A DNA stretch of 64,000 nucleotides. It comes from an uncultured Candidatus Saccharibacteria bacterium. Its GTDB lineage: Bacteria; Patescibacteriota; Minisyncoccia; Phycocordibacterales; SBAW01. The stretch spans positions 4,873 to 68,872 of the forward strand of contig CAZTNI010000002.1 of the NCBI GenBank assembly GCA_964615415.1. The letters run 5' to 3'. Of this stretch, positions 48,286 to 57,947 are shown piece after piece (position 1 is the stretch's first letter; the number at the start of each line of letters is the position of its first letter). The notes beneath the pieces were generated by a model. That model searched no databases. It was not told the origin of the DNA and saw only the letters and a list, made by a program, of their open reading frames with translations. Both the position numbers and the translations under genes were made by a program.

Positions 48286-49488
48286 ATGTTTCCACTATTC
48301 TCAAAAAAACGCATCTATGTGGACGCAGCGGCTGCAACACCGCTCTCGGTGCGTGCAAAAAAAGAGCTGATCCGCTTGCTCAACCTCTTTGGCAACCCGG
48401 GTGCCTTGCACGACGAAGCAGTGTTTGCAAAAAACGAGCTAGAAACCGCGCGAGAAAAGATCGCCCAAGTACTCGCCGCACAAGCAGAAGAACTTATTTT
48501 TACGGCAAGCGGTACGGAAGCAAATAACTTGGCGATCCAAGGTGTGTTGCGTCCGCTTCTTGCAAAACATGGCGAGTTGCATGCAATCGCGTCGCGTATT
48601 GAACATGCGTCGGTCTTGGAACCACTGCGCGCGCTCGAACGCGAAGGACTGTACGTGACTGAACTCGAAGTAGACAGCGAAGGGTTTGTGACACTCGAGT
48701 CGCTTAAGGAGGCGATTACCGAAGAAACGGTGTTTATTTCTGTGCAGCTCATTAATAGCGAGGTTGGCACCATTCAAAACGTAAAAGAAATTTCTAAACT
48801 GGTACGCCAGGTGCGCAAAGAGCGCACTGCGAGCGGAAGTACGCTGCCTCTCTTTATACATAGCGACGCCGCACAAGCACCGCTTTGGCTTCCTCTTAAT
48901 ATAGAGAGTCTTGGTGTCGACCTCCTTACCCTTGATGCACAAAAAATACTTGGTCCAAAGGGTGTAGGGCTCCTGTATGTACGCCGCGGTGTGCCGATTG
49001 AACCGATTCTCTGGGGTGGGATGCAAGAGCGTGGATACCGCGCAGGGACAGAAAACGTGCCGCTTGCTGGTAGTTTTGCTGTTGCGTTTCTTGATGCGCA
49101 AGAGCGTGTGGAAGACTGCGCGCAACAAACGGCAGCGGTGCGCGACTTTTTAATAACAGAACTCAAAAAAGCATTCCCTGACGCAGTGATACATGGGCCT
49201 ACTGGTAAGGAGCGTGTGGCGAACAACGTCAACGTGTCTATTCCGGGTCTTCTGGGCGAGATGGCGGTTATTGCACTGAATAAGGAAGGAGTGGCAGCCT
49301 CGACGCGCTCGGCATGTAGTACCGGGGAAGAGAGTGTCTCCCATGTGTTAGAAGCGCTTGGTATATCGCAGCAAACAGCGCTCGAAGCATTTCGGCTTAC
49401 GTTGTTACCGTCAGCAACAAAAAATGAAATGAAGGCTCTCGTGCAAGCGCTGCTGAGGGTTGCTAGGACCCATCGTCGCGTGGTATAG
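48286..49488 (+). CDS. iscS: Cysteine desulfurase (IscS/NifS type)
   Basis: DAAAATP, SGTEANN, HSDAAQ, QKILGPKG, RAGTEN, SACS. Confidence 0.88.
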   Translation: MFPLFSKKRIYVDAAAATPLSVRAKKELIRLLNLFGNPGALHDEAVFAKNELETAREKIAQVLAAQAEELIFTASGTEANNLAIQGVLRPLLAKHGELHAIASRIEHASVLEPLRALEREGLYVTELEVDSEGFVTLESLKEAITEETVFISVQLINSEVGTIQNVKEISKLVRQVRKERTASGSTLPLFIHSDAAQAPLWLPLNIESLGVDLLTLDAQKILGPKGVGLLYVRRGVPIEPILWGGMQERGYRAGTENVPLAGSFAVAFLDAQERVEDCAQQTAAVRDFLITELKKAFPDAVIHGPTGKERVANNVNVSIPGLLGEMAVIALNKEGVAASTRSACSTGEESVSHVLEALGISQQTALEAFRLTLLPSATKNEMKALVQALLRVARTHRRVV

Positions 49489-49521
49489 TTTAGGGTATCA
49501 GCGTCCTTTACTGTACACACC

Positions 49522-50325
49522 ATGGATCTAGAACAGCTTACTAAGCATCAGATCGTACTACTCACGCTTCTTGTGTCTTTTGTTACGTCAATTGCCACAG
49601 GAATCGTCACGGTCTCGCTTATGGAGCAGGCGCCGGAAGGGGTAACCAGGGTGGTCAATCAAATTGTTGAGCACACCGTCGAAAAAGTAGTTCCCTCAAC
49701 CCAAGGCGCAGCTGTCATCTCCACGGAAAAAACAGTTGTGGTGAAGGATGATGATCTTGCTGCCCAATCGATCGCGCAAGTGCGGAAGGGAATTGTCCGT
49801 GTTGTCGCAAAGGGGAGTGACGACCTTGTCGCTCGCGGCGTTATCACAAACGCAGATGGCGCAGCACTGACAGACAAAGCAGCTCTTCAACAAGCAAAGT
49901 CCGATACATTTGAAGCAATTCTCCCTTCCGGAGAGCGTGTGGCGCTGGAGGTCGTAGCAAACGGAACAAGTAGTCCCTTTGCAACACTGAAGTTAGCGCT
50001 TGGCACCACCACCGCGGTCACTCCTATTTCATTTGCCGACATCCATAAGCTATCGCTTGGTCAAAGCGTGATTCGGATCGGCGGAGTAGGAAGCGATACG
50101 GTAGGAACCGGCGTTGTTGCCTCGCTCCCTGATGCACAGCCAGGAGAATTCACAAAAGTAGAAGCAAGTGTTTCGTCAGTAACCCCCGGTTCAGTACTTA
50201 TTACCTTGTTTGGGGAAGTTATCGGTCTTGTCATTAGTGCACCTTCGGCAGATTCCACTACCTATATATCTCCTGCATCTCCTGCTGCCGCCCCAGAAGC
50301 AACTGTAACCGTTCCTAATTCTTAA
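49522..50325 (+). CDS. Membrane-anchored HtrA/trypsin-like fold protein, catalytic motifs degenerate
   Basis: TM helix; [22 protein letters not shown]; no GNSGG. Confidence 0.6.
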   Translation: MDLEQLTKHQIVLLTLLVSFVTSIATGIVTVSLMEQAPEGVTRVVNQIVEHTVEKVVPSTQGAAVISTEKTVVVKDDDLAAQSIAQVRKGIVRVVAKGSDDLVARGVITNADGAALTDKAALQQAKSDTFEAILPSGERVALEVVANGTSSPFATLKLALGTTTAVTPISFADIHKLSLGQSVIRIGGVGSDTVGTGVVASLPDAQPGEFTKVEASVSSVTPGSVLITLFGEVIGLVISAPSADSTTYISPASPAAAPEATVTVPNS

Positions 50326-50332
50326 AATACAT

Positions 50333-53029
50333 ATGCCACCATTTAATCACTTCACCACAAAAGCAAAGGAAGCGGTGCGACGAGCTCATGAGCTCGCTGT
50401 TGAGCGTGCGCAAAATCAGGTCTCTCCGATGCACCTGCTCGCGGCACTCCTTATACAAGAAGAGAGTTTGGTGACAACGGTACTCGATAAGCTCGAGGTA
50501 GACGTTGTGCTGCTTACCGACACCGTGCTCGAGTCGCTCGAAGCAGGTTCAAATGGTTCGGTGCTTTCACCGTCCTACCAGCTTTACCTGACGCCAGACT
50601 TGGTCCAGGCTCTTGAGCGTTCAAGTAAGGTTGCAGCAGAACTCCACGATGAATTTGTTTCGACTGAACACCTTTTTATTGCAATTCTCGATATTCCTGG
50701 CGCTACGCGCGACTTGCTTGCACGTTTCCGCATTGCGCGCGACAGCGTTGTTCGCACGCTTACTGAGCTTCGCTCAACAAAACCAACAAGTACCGAGCAG
50801 AAGAAATTCCGCGCGCTACCAAAATATACACGCTCACTTACCAAGCTTGCGCTTGAAAACAAACTCGACCCAGTTATTGGTCGCGACGAAGAAATTCAGC
50901 GTGTGATCCAAATTCTTTCTCGCCGTACGAAAAATAATCCGATTTTGATCGGTGAAGCCGGCGTTGGTAAAACTGCTATTGCAGAAGGTCTTGCAAGTCG
51001 TATTGCAACTGGCGACGTGCCGGACTCATTGCGCGACAAGGACCTGGTGTCGCTCGACTTGGGCTCTCTTATTGCCGGTACCAAGTATCGCGGCGAATTC
51101 GAAGAGCGCCTGAAGGCGATTATGAAAGAAATCGAGCGCTCAGAAGGGAAGATACTTCTCTTTGTTGACGAAATTCATACCATGATTGGTGCCGGTGCGG
51201 CAGAGGGCGCTATGGATGCCTCAAATATGCTGAAGCCCGCTCTGGCTCGTGGCGACCTCCACTTGATTGGCGCGACGACACTGCGCGAGTATCAGAAGCA
51301 TATTGAACGCGACCCGGCCTTCCAACGTCGCTTCCAACCGGTTCATGTGCTCGAGCCATCGCTCGACGATGCAACTTCTATTTTGCGTGGACTTAAGGAA
51401 AAGTATGAGCTCTTCCACGGTGTACACATTACCGACGACGCGATTGTGTCGGCGGTGCAGCTTTCTGCGCGCTATATTCCAGACCGCTTCCTTCCGGACA
51501 AAGCAATCGACCTTATCGACGAAGCAGCATCATCGCTGCGCATTAGTTTGGAAAATAAACCACCAGTTCTTGAAGACGCACATCGCAAGATTATGCGCCT
51601 TGAGGTTGAAAAAGAGGCGCTTCGCAAAGAAGCGGAGTCTGAAACGGGCGGCCGCGATGCAAAGGCACGCGTAAAAAACATTGAGCGCGAAATCGCAGAA
51701 CTCAAAGAAAAGACGAGTGAAATCGAGATGCGCTGGAAAAACGAGAAGCAAATTCTCGCCGACATTAAGAGCATCAAAAAAGAACTTGAAGGTTTACGCA
51801 TTGAAGCCGAGGCGGCAGAGTCGACGGTAGACCTCTCTCGTGCGGCAGAAATCCGTTACGGCGAAATTCCGTCGCTTGAACGCGAACTCGAACAAAAGAC
51901 CAAGCGTCTTAAAAAACTCCAAAGTACTCGCCGTCTGCTTAAAGAAGAAATCAGCGGCAACGATATTGCAGGAGTGGTGTCCAAGTGGACCGGTATTCCA
52001 GTCTCACGCATGCTCGAAGAAGAGGCAGAAAAACTTTCTCGCATTGAAGCGGAGTTGGAGAAGCGCGTGGTTGGACAGTCTGAAGCAGTACAAAAAGTTG
52101 CGGATGCGGTAAAACGCTCGCGCGCAGGTATTGCTGACCCGAACCGCCCCATCGCCTCATTTATGTTCCTTGGCCCAACCGGCGTCGGTAAAACAGAGCT
52201 CACGAAAGCACTCGCGGAGTTTATGTTTAACGATGACAAGGCACTCATCCGCGTCGACATGTCGGAATACATGGAGAAGCACGCCGTCTCGCGCATTATC
52301 GGTGCTCCACCAGGCTACGTGGGTCATGAAGAGGGAGGAACGCTTACAGAGTTGGTGCGTCATCGTCCATACGCGGTGGTGCTCTTCGACGAAATTGAGA
52401 AGGCTCATCCAGAAGTATTCAACATTCTTCTCCAAGTGCTCGACAACGGACATTTAACTGACTCAAAGGGTCGCAAAGTTAACTTCCGTAACACGATCAT
52501 CATCATGACTTCGAATATTGGTGCGCAGCACATCGATAAGATGGAGCAGATTGGCTTCAATATTGCAGGCAATGATGCTGAGCAGTACAAGATGGCTAAG
52601 GAACGCGTGCAGCAGTCTCTTAAGGACTACTTCCGTCCAGAATTCCTTAACCGTATCGACGAAACCATTATCTTCAACATCCTCTCTCCAGAGGCAGTTA
52701 AAGATATTGTGTCTATCCAGGTGAAGGAGGTTGTAGAGCGGCTCGCTCAAAAGGATATTACGCTCACGCTGACTCCGGATGTGTATACGTTCCTCGGTAA
52801 AGAGGGCTACAACCCACACTACGGCGCTCGACCACTCCGCCGCCTTATCCAGGACAAGATCCTGACCAAGATCGCAAGCTTAATGGTCTCGCGCGGCGTA
52901 CTCTCGGGCGGCAGCGTTACAGTAGGAATGAAAAACGGTGAGTTTATCTTCGATGTAAAGAAAACAGGGAAGAGTAAGGGGATGAAAGTAACGTCCGCCG
53001 CAATAGCAGAAGAGAAGATTGGGGCGTAA
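50333..53029 (+). CDS. clpB: ATP-dependent chaperone ClpB
   Basis: Clp N-domain, two Walker A motifs ([16 protein letters not shown]), long coiled-coil middle domain. Confidence 0.93.
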   Translation: MPPFNHFTTKAKEAVRRAHELAVERAQNQVSPMHLLAALLIQEESLVTTVLDKLEVDVVLLTDTVLESLEAGSNGSVLSPSYQLYLTPDLVQALERSSKVAAELHDEFVSTEHLFIAILDIPGATRDLLARFRIARDSVVRTLTELRSTKPTSTEQKKFRALPKYTRSLTKLALENKLDPVIGRDEEIQRVIQILSRRTKNNPILIGEAGVGKTAIAEGLASRIATGDVPDSLRDKDLVSLDLGSLIAGTKYRGEFEERLKAIMKEIERSEGKILLFVDEIHTMIGAGAAEGAMDASNMLKPALARGDLHLIGATTLREYQKHIERDPAFQRRFQPVHVLEPSLDDATSILRGLKEKYELFHGVHITDDAIVSAVQLSARYIPDRFLPDKAIDLIDEAASSLRISLENKPPVLEDAHRKIMRLEVEKEALRKEAESETGGRDAKARVKNIEREIAELKEKTSEIEMRWKNEKQILADIKSIKKELEGLRIEAEAAESTVDLSRAAEIRYGEIPSLERELEQKTKRLKKLQSTRRLLKEEISGNDIAGVVSKWTGIPVSRMLEEEAEKLSRIEAELEKRVVGQSEAVQKVADAVKRSRAGIADPNRPIASFMFLGPTGVGKTELTKALAEFMFNDDKALIRVDMSEYMEKHAVSRIIGAPPGYVGHEEGGTLTELVRHRPYAVVLFDEIEKAHPEVFNILLQVLDNGHLTDSKGRKVNFRNTIIIMTSNIGAQHIDKMEQIGFNIAGNDAEQYKMAKERVQQSLKDYFRPEFLNRIDETIIFNILSPEAVKDIVSIQVKEVVERLAQKDITLTLTPDVYTFLGKEGYNPHYGARPLRRLIQDKILTKIASLMVSRGVLSGGSVTVGMKNGEFIFDVKKTGKSKGMKVTSAAIAEEKIGA

Positions 53030-53032
53030 AAG

Positions 53033-53064
53033 AAAAACCGCCGGGAATATCCCGGCGGTTTTTT
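53033..53064. terminator. Bidirectional terminator
   Basis: AAAAACCGCCGGGA-ATA-TCCCGGCGGTTTTT. Confidence 0.85.
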
Positions 53065-53065
53065 G

Positions 53066-53431
53066 TTATCGTCCGTAGCGGACTATAGGTATGAGTGCAC
53101 CGCCAACAAGAGGCGAGCTGTACATGCTCATCTGCCGCACACGAGGTGTGTAGTAGAGCGGACGGAAGACGCTTCGAGGAGACGCTCCGGCAATGCGCCA
53201 GCCATTCCACCTCAGGAACCAGGGCAGGCGGTAGGGCTTTTTCTTTGCTCGCACCAGCTGGTTGTAGCAGATGTCGAGGACGATGCCGGAGACTATGATG
53301 ATCGTAATCCCAGCTACTTCTGCGATGAAGAGTAGAGTAAGTACCAGTCCGTCCATAAGTACGAATATAAGTGGAGCAAGGAGTGTGCCCGCCGCAGTGC
53401 CCAAGGCAAACACGATAAGAAGGAGTTCCAT
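53066..53431 (-). CDS. Hypothetical membrane protein
   Basis: SD GGAGG; two TM helices and a basic tail. Confidence 0.6.
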   Translation of the reverse strand: MELLLIVFALGTAAGTLLAPLIFVLMDGLVLTLLFIAEVAGITIIIVSGIVLDICYNQLVRAKKKPYRLPWFLRWNGWRIAGASPRSVFRPLYYTPRVRQMSMYSSPLVGGALIPIVRYGR

Positions 53432-53542
53432 CACAGCCTCCGTTGAAAGTGCATTTCTGGAGACACTATACAGGAAATTTGTTTTGGGAAAAGAAAAGCC
53501 GCCCAACCGAAGTCGGGCTAAGCCTTTCTTCGGGTGGGCGGG

Positions 53543-53707
53543 TTAGGTTCTGTTGCAGCGAGTAATGATTTCGTCTTTGATAGCCGAGATCATTTCGTTG
53601 CGAACAGGATTCATGCTGTCTCCTCGTGCGCCTGCTCTGACTTCTCGCTCGAGTTTATCCACTAGCTGTTGAGGGGTTAGTGTTTTTACATGATCAGATA
53701 CGGCCAC
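53543..53707 (-). CDS. Small hypothetical protein (54 aa)
   Basis: AAGGA SD plus GTG start; hairpin downstream. Confidence 0.5.
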   Translation of the reverse strand: MAVSDHVKTLTPQQLVDKLEREVRAGARGDSMNPVRNEMISAIKDEIITRCNRT

Positions 53708-53781
53708 CTTGTTTTCCTTCTGTTGCGCGGGAAACAACTGCTCGAAGGCGTTTTATCATAAAAATATTAAAACGTCAAATT

Positions 53782-53993
53782 AGAGAGGGGAGGATTCGGT
53801 CACAAATAAACTTTTATCGTCACAAAAGTTTTTCGCGACCCCGGATTGTCTTGTGCGGACACGAATAATCCTCCGCCGTCGCTACGGATTTTCGCGATCC
53901 CCGCCTCGCGGTTTTGCAAGTGCAAAACATCGCTGCGGCCGCGCACTACGCAAAAATGCCTCCCGCAGGGGAGGCATTTTTGTCTTAGTGCGC
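53782..53993 (-). repeat. tRNA-associated array of palindromic modules downstream of tRNA-Tyr
   Basis: Two related hairpins (53798-53840, 53857-53900), a third hairpin, a fold-back onto the tRNA 3' end, and a tRNA-3'-like tail. Confidence 0.7.
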
Positions 53994-54071
53994 CGGGTAG
54001 GATTCGAACCTACGTAGCCCGAAGGCGACAGATTTACAGTCTGTTGTAATTGACCACTCTACCACCGACGC
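53989..54071 (-). tRNA. tRNA-Tyr(GTA)
   Basis: ACAGA-CT-GTA-AA-TCTGT anticodon arm; variable arm. Confidence 0.95.
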
Positions 54072-54133
54072 ATCCACATTAAAATACACTATTTGACCAT
54101 CCTCTGCAAAAGTCGTGGTAGAGTTTTCTGTAT

Positions 54134-55270
54134 ATGCCTCGTAAGCGGAAGGCTCTTGCACTTTTTTCAATTGGTATCGCACTCCTGCTTCCTGTCTTTA
54201 CCTATGCCCAAATACAGCCGAGCGGGGCGGGACTTGTGCCGTGCGGCGTTACACAAGACAGTCCTTTAAGTACAGAAAAAGATGTTGGAGTTGCTACAGA
54301 ATGCGAAGCCTGCCACTTGGTGCAGCTTACGCAAAATATTATCCACTTCCTGATAGGCCTTGCGGTTTCAATTGCAGTATTGATGTTTGCGTGGGCGGGT
54401 ATCCTCTTCTTTACCTCGAATGCAAATCCGGAGAAGATTAACAAAGGTAAGCGCATCTTCGGACAAACATTGTTTGGGTTCCTATTAGCGCTCTGTGCGT
54501 GGATTATAGTTAACACCCTCCTTTTTATTCTTATTGACCAACAGCAGTTCCCGCAAAGCACCTGGTTTGAAGTTGAATGTGCGAAAAGTCGGGCTGTAGT
54601 GGCCGATAAGGAGTTTGGTCAAATCGTGCTCGGCGCTATTGGTAACGTAGAATCTATACCGCTCTTTAAAATACAAGATGGCACCAGGCCGGACGGACAG
54701 TATTCATGTCCTGCTGGCTTTACGTACGACACGACTGCGCGTATGTGTCTGAACGGACAAGGGGGTGCAGAAGAGCCCGACTTTATTGCGCCTCTCGGCA
54801 GTGGAGCATTCACTCCTAATAGTGAAGCTACTGTCGATTTTGGATCTTGCGGAGGGGAGGGAAGTATTGGTAGCAGAATTATGCGGTGTGCCACCTTGTA
54901 TGCGGACTCAAGAGTAAGTTCTGCTAAGTGTAGTCCCAATGTAGATGGAGGAAACCTGGCATGTGCATGTATGGTAAACAAAATTCTTAACGGCGCCGGT
55001 ATTTTGTCTATAGATGCGGACAGTGTTCCTGATATGGTTGCGGCCCTAAAAGCTGGCAGAGGAAGGCAGATTTCTATTCAATCTGCGCAGCCTGGAGACA
55101 TTGTGTTTTGGCAATACACGAGCCCAAGAAGAAGCCATGTGGGTATTTGTGCAACTCCAGGCTGTACCCAGGTATACAGTAATTCCTCAAGTCAGGCCGT
55201 TGTACGTCTCACTACAAGTGATTATCTGGGCGTCGACCCTTCATCTGTTTATCGGATAAATGACTTCTAA
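54134..55270 (+). CDS. Pilin domain fused to a C-terminal NlpC/P60-like (Cys-His) domain
   Basis: GLVPCG, FAWAGILFFTS..NP..INKGK (pilin); NLACACMV, PGDIVF, SHVGI, YSNSS. Confidence 0.75.
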   Translation: MPRKRKALALFSIGIALLLPVFTYAQIQPSGAGLVPCGVTQDSPLSTEKDVGVATECEACHLVQLTQNIIHFLIGLAVSIAVLMFAWAGILFFTSNANPEKINKGKRIFGQTLFGFLLALCAWIIVNTLLFILIDQQQFPQSTWFEVECAKSRAVVADKEFGQIVLGAIGNVESIPLFKIQDGTRPDGQYSCPAGFTYDTTARMCLNGQGGAEEPDFIAPLGSGAFTPNSEATVDFGSCGGEGSIGSRIMRCATLYADSRVSSAKCSPNVDGGNLACACMVNKILNGAGILSIDADSVPDMVAALKAGRGRQISIQSAQPGDIVFWQYTSPRRSHVGICATPGCTQVYSNSSSQAVVRLTTSDYLGVDPSSVYRINDF

Positions 55271-55274
55271 CTAT

Positions 55275-55754
55275 ATGAATAAATCAATCACCGTACTAAT
55301 AGTTATATGTATCCTTGTGATCCTCGGTGTTGCCGCGGTCTTGTTTTGGCCACGCGCAACTATGCCTGTCCCTAATGAAACACCAGGTCTGCCTGTCTCA
55401 GGGAATTCTAATACTAACGGTACTGTTTCAATTCCGGTTCAAAACGAAGGGGGTGGCAATTCGCAGCTTTCTGCTGAACAACGCGCTGTACAGGAGACGT
55501 ACTGGGCGCCTTTTGTAACCGACGGAAATAACGATAATGTGCGGCTTGGTAATACTGCCGTAGTAGAAGAATGGGCACTCCAAAAGTGGGTAGGAGATGA
55601 GACGGGAGGAGAAGCCCTACTTCGGTACGATAGTGTAAGTAAGGCGTGGGTGGTGGTGGACGTGGGCGGTGGAGCCTGGAGCGTCGATGCACTTGTCCGT
55701 GCGGGTGTACCTGAAAGCGTGGCAGGCTCTCTCCTTAGCAAACTGCGTCAATAA
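55275..55754 (+). CDS. Membrane-anchored extracellular hypothetical protein
   Basis: N-terminal TM helix, linker, Trp-rich domain; starts 4 nt after the previous stop. Confidence 0.75.
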   Translation: MNKSITVLIVICILVILGVAAVLFWPRATMPVPNETPGLPVSGNSNTNGTVSIPVQNEGGGNSQLSAEQRAVQETYWAPFVTDGNNDNVRLGNTAVVEEWALQKWVGDETGGEALLRYDSVSKAWVVVDVGGGAWSVDALVRAGVPESVAGSLLSKLRQ

Positions 55755-55813
55755 CAGGATACAGGCCTATATATTGCATATTTGGCATTCTTGGGTTATA
55801 GTCCTAGCACCAT

Positions 55814-55972
55814 ATGTCACAGGATAGACTCATAAAACTCGCCTGCCAGAAGTGCAAGCGCATTAACTATTGGTCAAGCAAGAATAAGAAGCTGGTGACC
55901 CGCAAGATCGAGCTGAAGAAGTACTGCAAGTGGTGCAAGGCTTCTACGGTACACAAAGAGGCTAAGAAATAA
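55814..55972 (+). CDS. rpmG: 50S ribosomal protein L33 (Zn-binding form)
   Basis: Translated by hand: MSQDRLIKLACQKCKRINYWSSKNKK...IELKKYCKWCKASTVHKEAKK. Confidence 0.95.
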   Translation: MSQDRLIKLACQKCKRINYWSSKNKKLVTRKIELKKYCKWCKASTVHKEAKK

Positions 55973-55984
55973 CTCTCCTCAACA

Positions 55985-56013
55985 CAAAACCGCCCCCGAA
56001 AGGGGCGGTTTTG
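55985..56013. terminator. Bidirectional terminator
   Basis: CAAAACCGCCCC-CGAAA-GGGGCGGTTTTG. Confidence 0.85.
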
Positions 56014-56023
56014 TTATCTTGGG

Positions 56024-56094
56024 CGGACCCACGAGGATTCGAACCTCGATCAACGGTTTTGGAGACCGCTATTCTACCATTGAACTATGGGTCC
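56024..56094 (-). tRNA. tRNA-Trp(CCA)
   Basis: GCGGT-CT-CCA-AA-ACCGT anticodon arm; GGTTCGAATCC. Confidence 0.95.
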
Positions 56095-56100
56095 TTTTTT

Positions 56101-56155
56101 GCGACCTTCGCCCAGTTTTCTAGAACTGCATATTCTATCCCGGAACTATGGGTCC
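56101..56155 (-). pseudogene. Degenerate duplicate of the tRNA-Trp 5' half
   Basis: GGACCCATAGTTC-cggga-TAGAATA matches the tRNA-Trp 5' end; altered anticodon arm; no T-arm. Confidence 0.65.
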
Positions 56156-56179
56156 TTGGGGTCGAGTATACCCTAAGCC

Positions 56180-57082
56180 CTACCTTTTTAAAAACGCTTT
56201 AGCTAACCGAAGCGCCTCGGTTTTGTTAGCTACCCAGTTAATTTCTTTATTCTTTTTAAACCATGTTAGTTGACGCTTGGCATACTTTTTAATTTCTTGT
56301 TCGAGTTCTGCTAGCATTTCTTCTTTTGAAAGCTTGCCTTGCAGGTGGCGGGCAAGGTAGCGATATTCAAGGCCAAGCATCTCCATGCGTGTATACGAAA
56401 GACCCGCTTTGTGGAGGCGCTTTGCTTCCACGATCATCCCCTGTTGCATGCGTGCCGCCAAACGCTTGGAAATGCGTTTATAGAGCGCAGGAAGGGGGAA
56501 GGTGATACCGAGCCAGAGAACATCATACGGGCTCTCGGTAGTGGGTTCAGGACTCTTCCCTAAAGCTGCTGCGATTTCGAGTGCGCGTACCAACCGTACT
56601 GGGTTGTGTTTGTCGATCGTTTTCGCACGAGCGGGGTCTTTTTTCTCGAGCATTGCAAAGAGTTGTTCGGTAGATTTCTTTTCTAGTTTTTTGCGCAGTG
56701 CGGGGTTTGGTGGAACTTCCGGAAGGACGAAGCGGCCGGTCAGTGTGTCTACATAAAACCCCGTGCCGCCTACAACAATCGGGATGTTGTTGTTTTTTGA
56801 AATTTTTTCAATAACTTGTGTTGCCTGCTTTTTAAAATCATCCGCAGTGAACACTACTTTAGGAGATGCGACATCAAGCAGGTGGTGGGGCACACCCGCC
56901 ATTTCTTTTTTAGTAACCTTACCAGTGCCAATGTCGAGCCCTTTATAGACCTGACGACTGTCAGCAGAAACAACCTCACCGCAAATTTTTTGCGCTAAAA
57001 AGATCCCCAGGGCGCTTTTCCCCGAGGCGGTAGGGCCAACAATGGCTATAACTTTAAGTTTAGACACCTCAAACTTGTACAA
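56180..57082 (-). CDS. miaA: tRNA dimethylallyltransferase (start may be GTG at 57067)
   Basis: GPTASGKS, SADSRQVY, GGTGFY, YAKRQLTWF. Confidence 0.96.
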   Translation of the reverse strand: MYKFEVSKLKVIAIVGPTASGKSALGIFLAQKICGEVVSADSRQVYKGLDIGTGKVTKKEMAGVPHHLLDVASPKVVFTADDFKKQATQVIEKISKNNNIPIVVGGTGFYVDTLTGRFVLPEVPPNPALRKKLEKKSTEQLFAMLEKKDPARAKTIDKHNPVRLVRALEIAAALGKSPEPTTESPYDVLWLGITFPLPALYKRISKRLAARMQQGMIVEAKRLHKAGLSYTRMEMLGLEYRYLARHLQGKLSKEEMLAELEQEIKKYAKRQLTWFKKNKEINWVANKTEALRLAKAFLKR

Positions 57083-57153
57083 CGATTGTTTAAAAAAGGA
57101 AAGGAGGCTAGAATGCGGTCGGACTTGTACAACGACAAGCAGAGGAGACCGAG

Positions 57154-57822
57154 ATGCGGTCCGAACAGGAATGGGAAGACATCTGTCGTCGCCGAAAGGC
57201 GTACTGGGAACACTCTGGTGACCCCTCGCAACCGCATGTGATTATTACGAGCGAGGATCACAGCAGAGGTTACTTTAACGGAGAACAAGTTCTCCAAGAC
57301 ACGTGGCTTGCGGACGAAATGTCCCGTGAGCTGATCGAGAAACTGGTACAAGCTGGGTTCGATCTTGATTCTATCGACCGAGTGATTGGTCCTGCTATGG
57401 GTGCGGTTACTTGGGTCGACCTTCTTTCTCTTAACATTGGAAGACGTCGGGGCCGTCCGTGTTTGAGAGCGTTCGCTGAGAAAGAGAGCGAAGGAAAGGG
57501 AAAAACCTTTATCTTCAAGCGGGGCGATATTCAGCCGGGTGAACGTGCTCTGACTAGTGAGGATGCTAGCACCAAGCTCGAGAGTGTTGCAGGGACTGAT
57601 AAAGCCTTTATGGATGTCGGCGGCACCACTGTCGACTTCTATGCCCTCATTCTTAATAGATCTGGTAAGACGGAGGTCGGGCCTAAGAAAATCGTTTCAC
57701 TCTGGAAACGAGACTTGCCCACGTGGCCTAAGCACGAGTGTCCACTATGTCGTGCTGGCTCAGTCGCTTTGCGGCCGAAGGGTCGCCAGAACTGGGCTCG
57801 GCTCAACCTAGTAGCAGCGTAG
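57154..57822 (+). CDS. pyrE: Orotate phosphoribosyltransferase-like protein
   Basis: HS.GYF, GPAMGA, FAEK, SEDAST PRPP loop, CPLC tail; next to pyrF. Confidence 0.7.
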   Translation: MRSEQEWEDICRRRKAYWEHSGDPSQPHVIITSEDHSRGYFNGEQVLQDTWLADEMSRELIEKLVQAGFDLDSIDRVIGPAMGAVTWVDLLSLNIGRRRGRPCLRAFAEKESEGKGKTFIFKRGDIQPGERALTSEDASTKLESVAGTDKAFMDVGGTTVDFYALILNRSGKTEVGPKKIVSLWKRDLPTWPKHECPLCRAGSVALRPKGRQNWARLNLVAA

Positions 57823-57947
57823 AATGTATAAAAAGGCCGGAGGAATCCGGCCTTTATTTTTTGTGTGGAAAAAGGGAAGGAGTGGGTTGTGCTACAGTGG
57901 GGGCGGAATAGGTTCTTCGCATATATGCGAAATTAAAGGAGAGAACA

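Noticed and set aside
56024-56094. Alternative genetic code (as in Gracilibacteria or SR1)
   Set aside because: All long conserved genes are intact under code 11, TGA acts as a stop (40060, 26791), and no tRNA with a stop-codon anticodon was seen.
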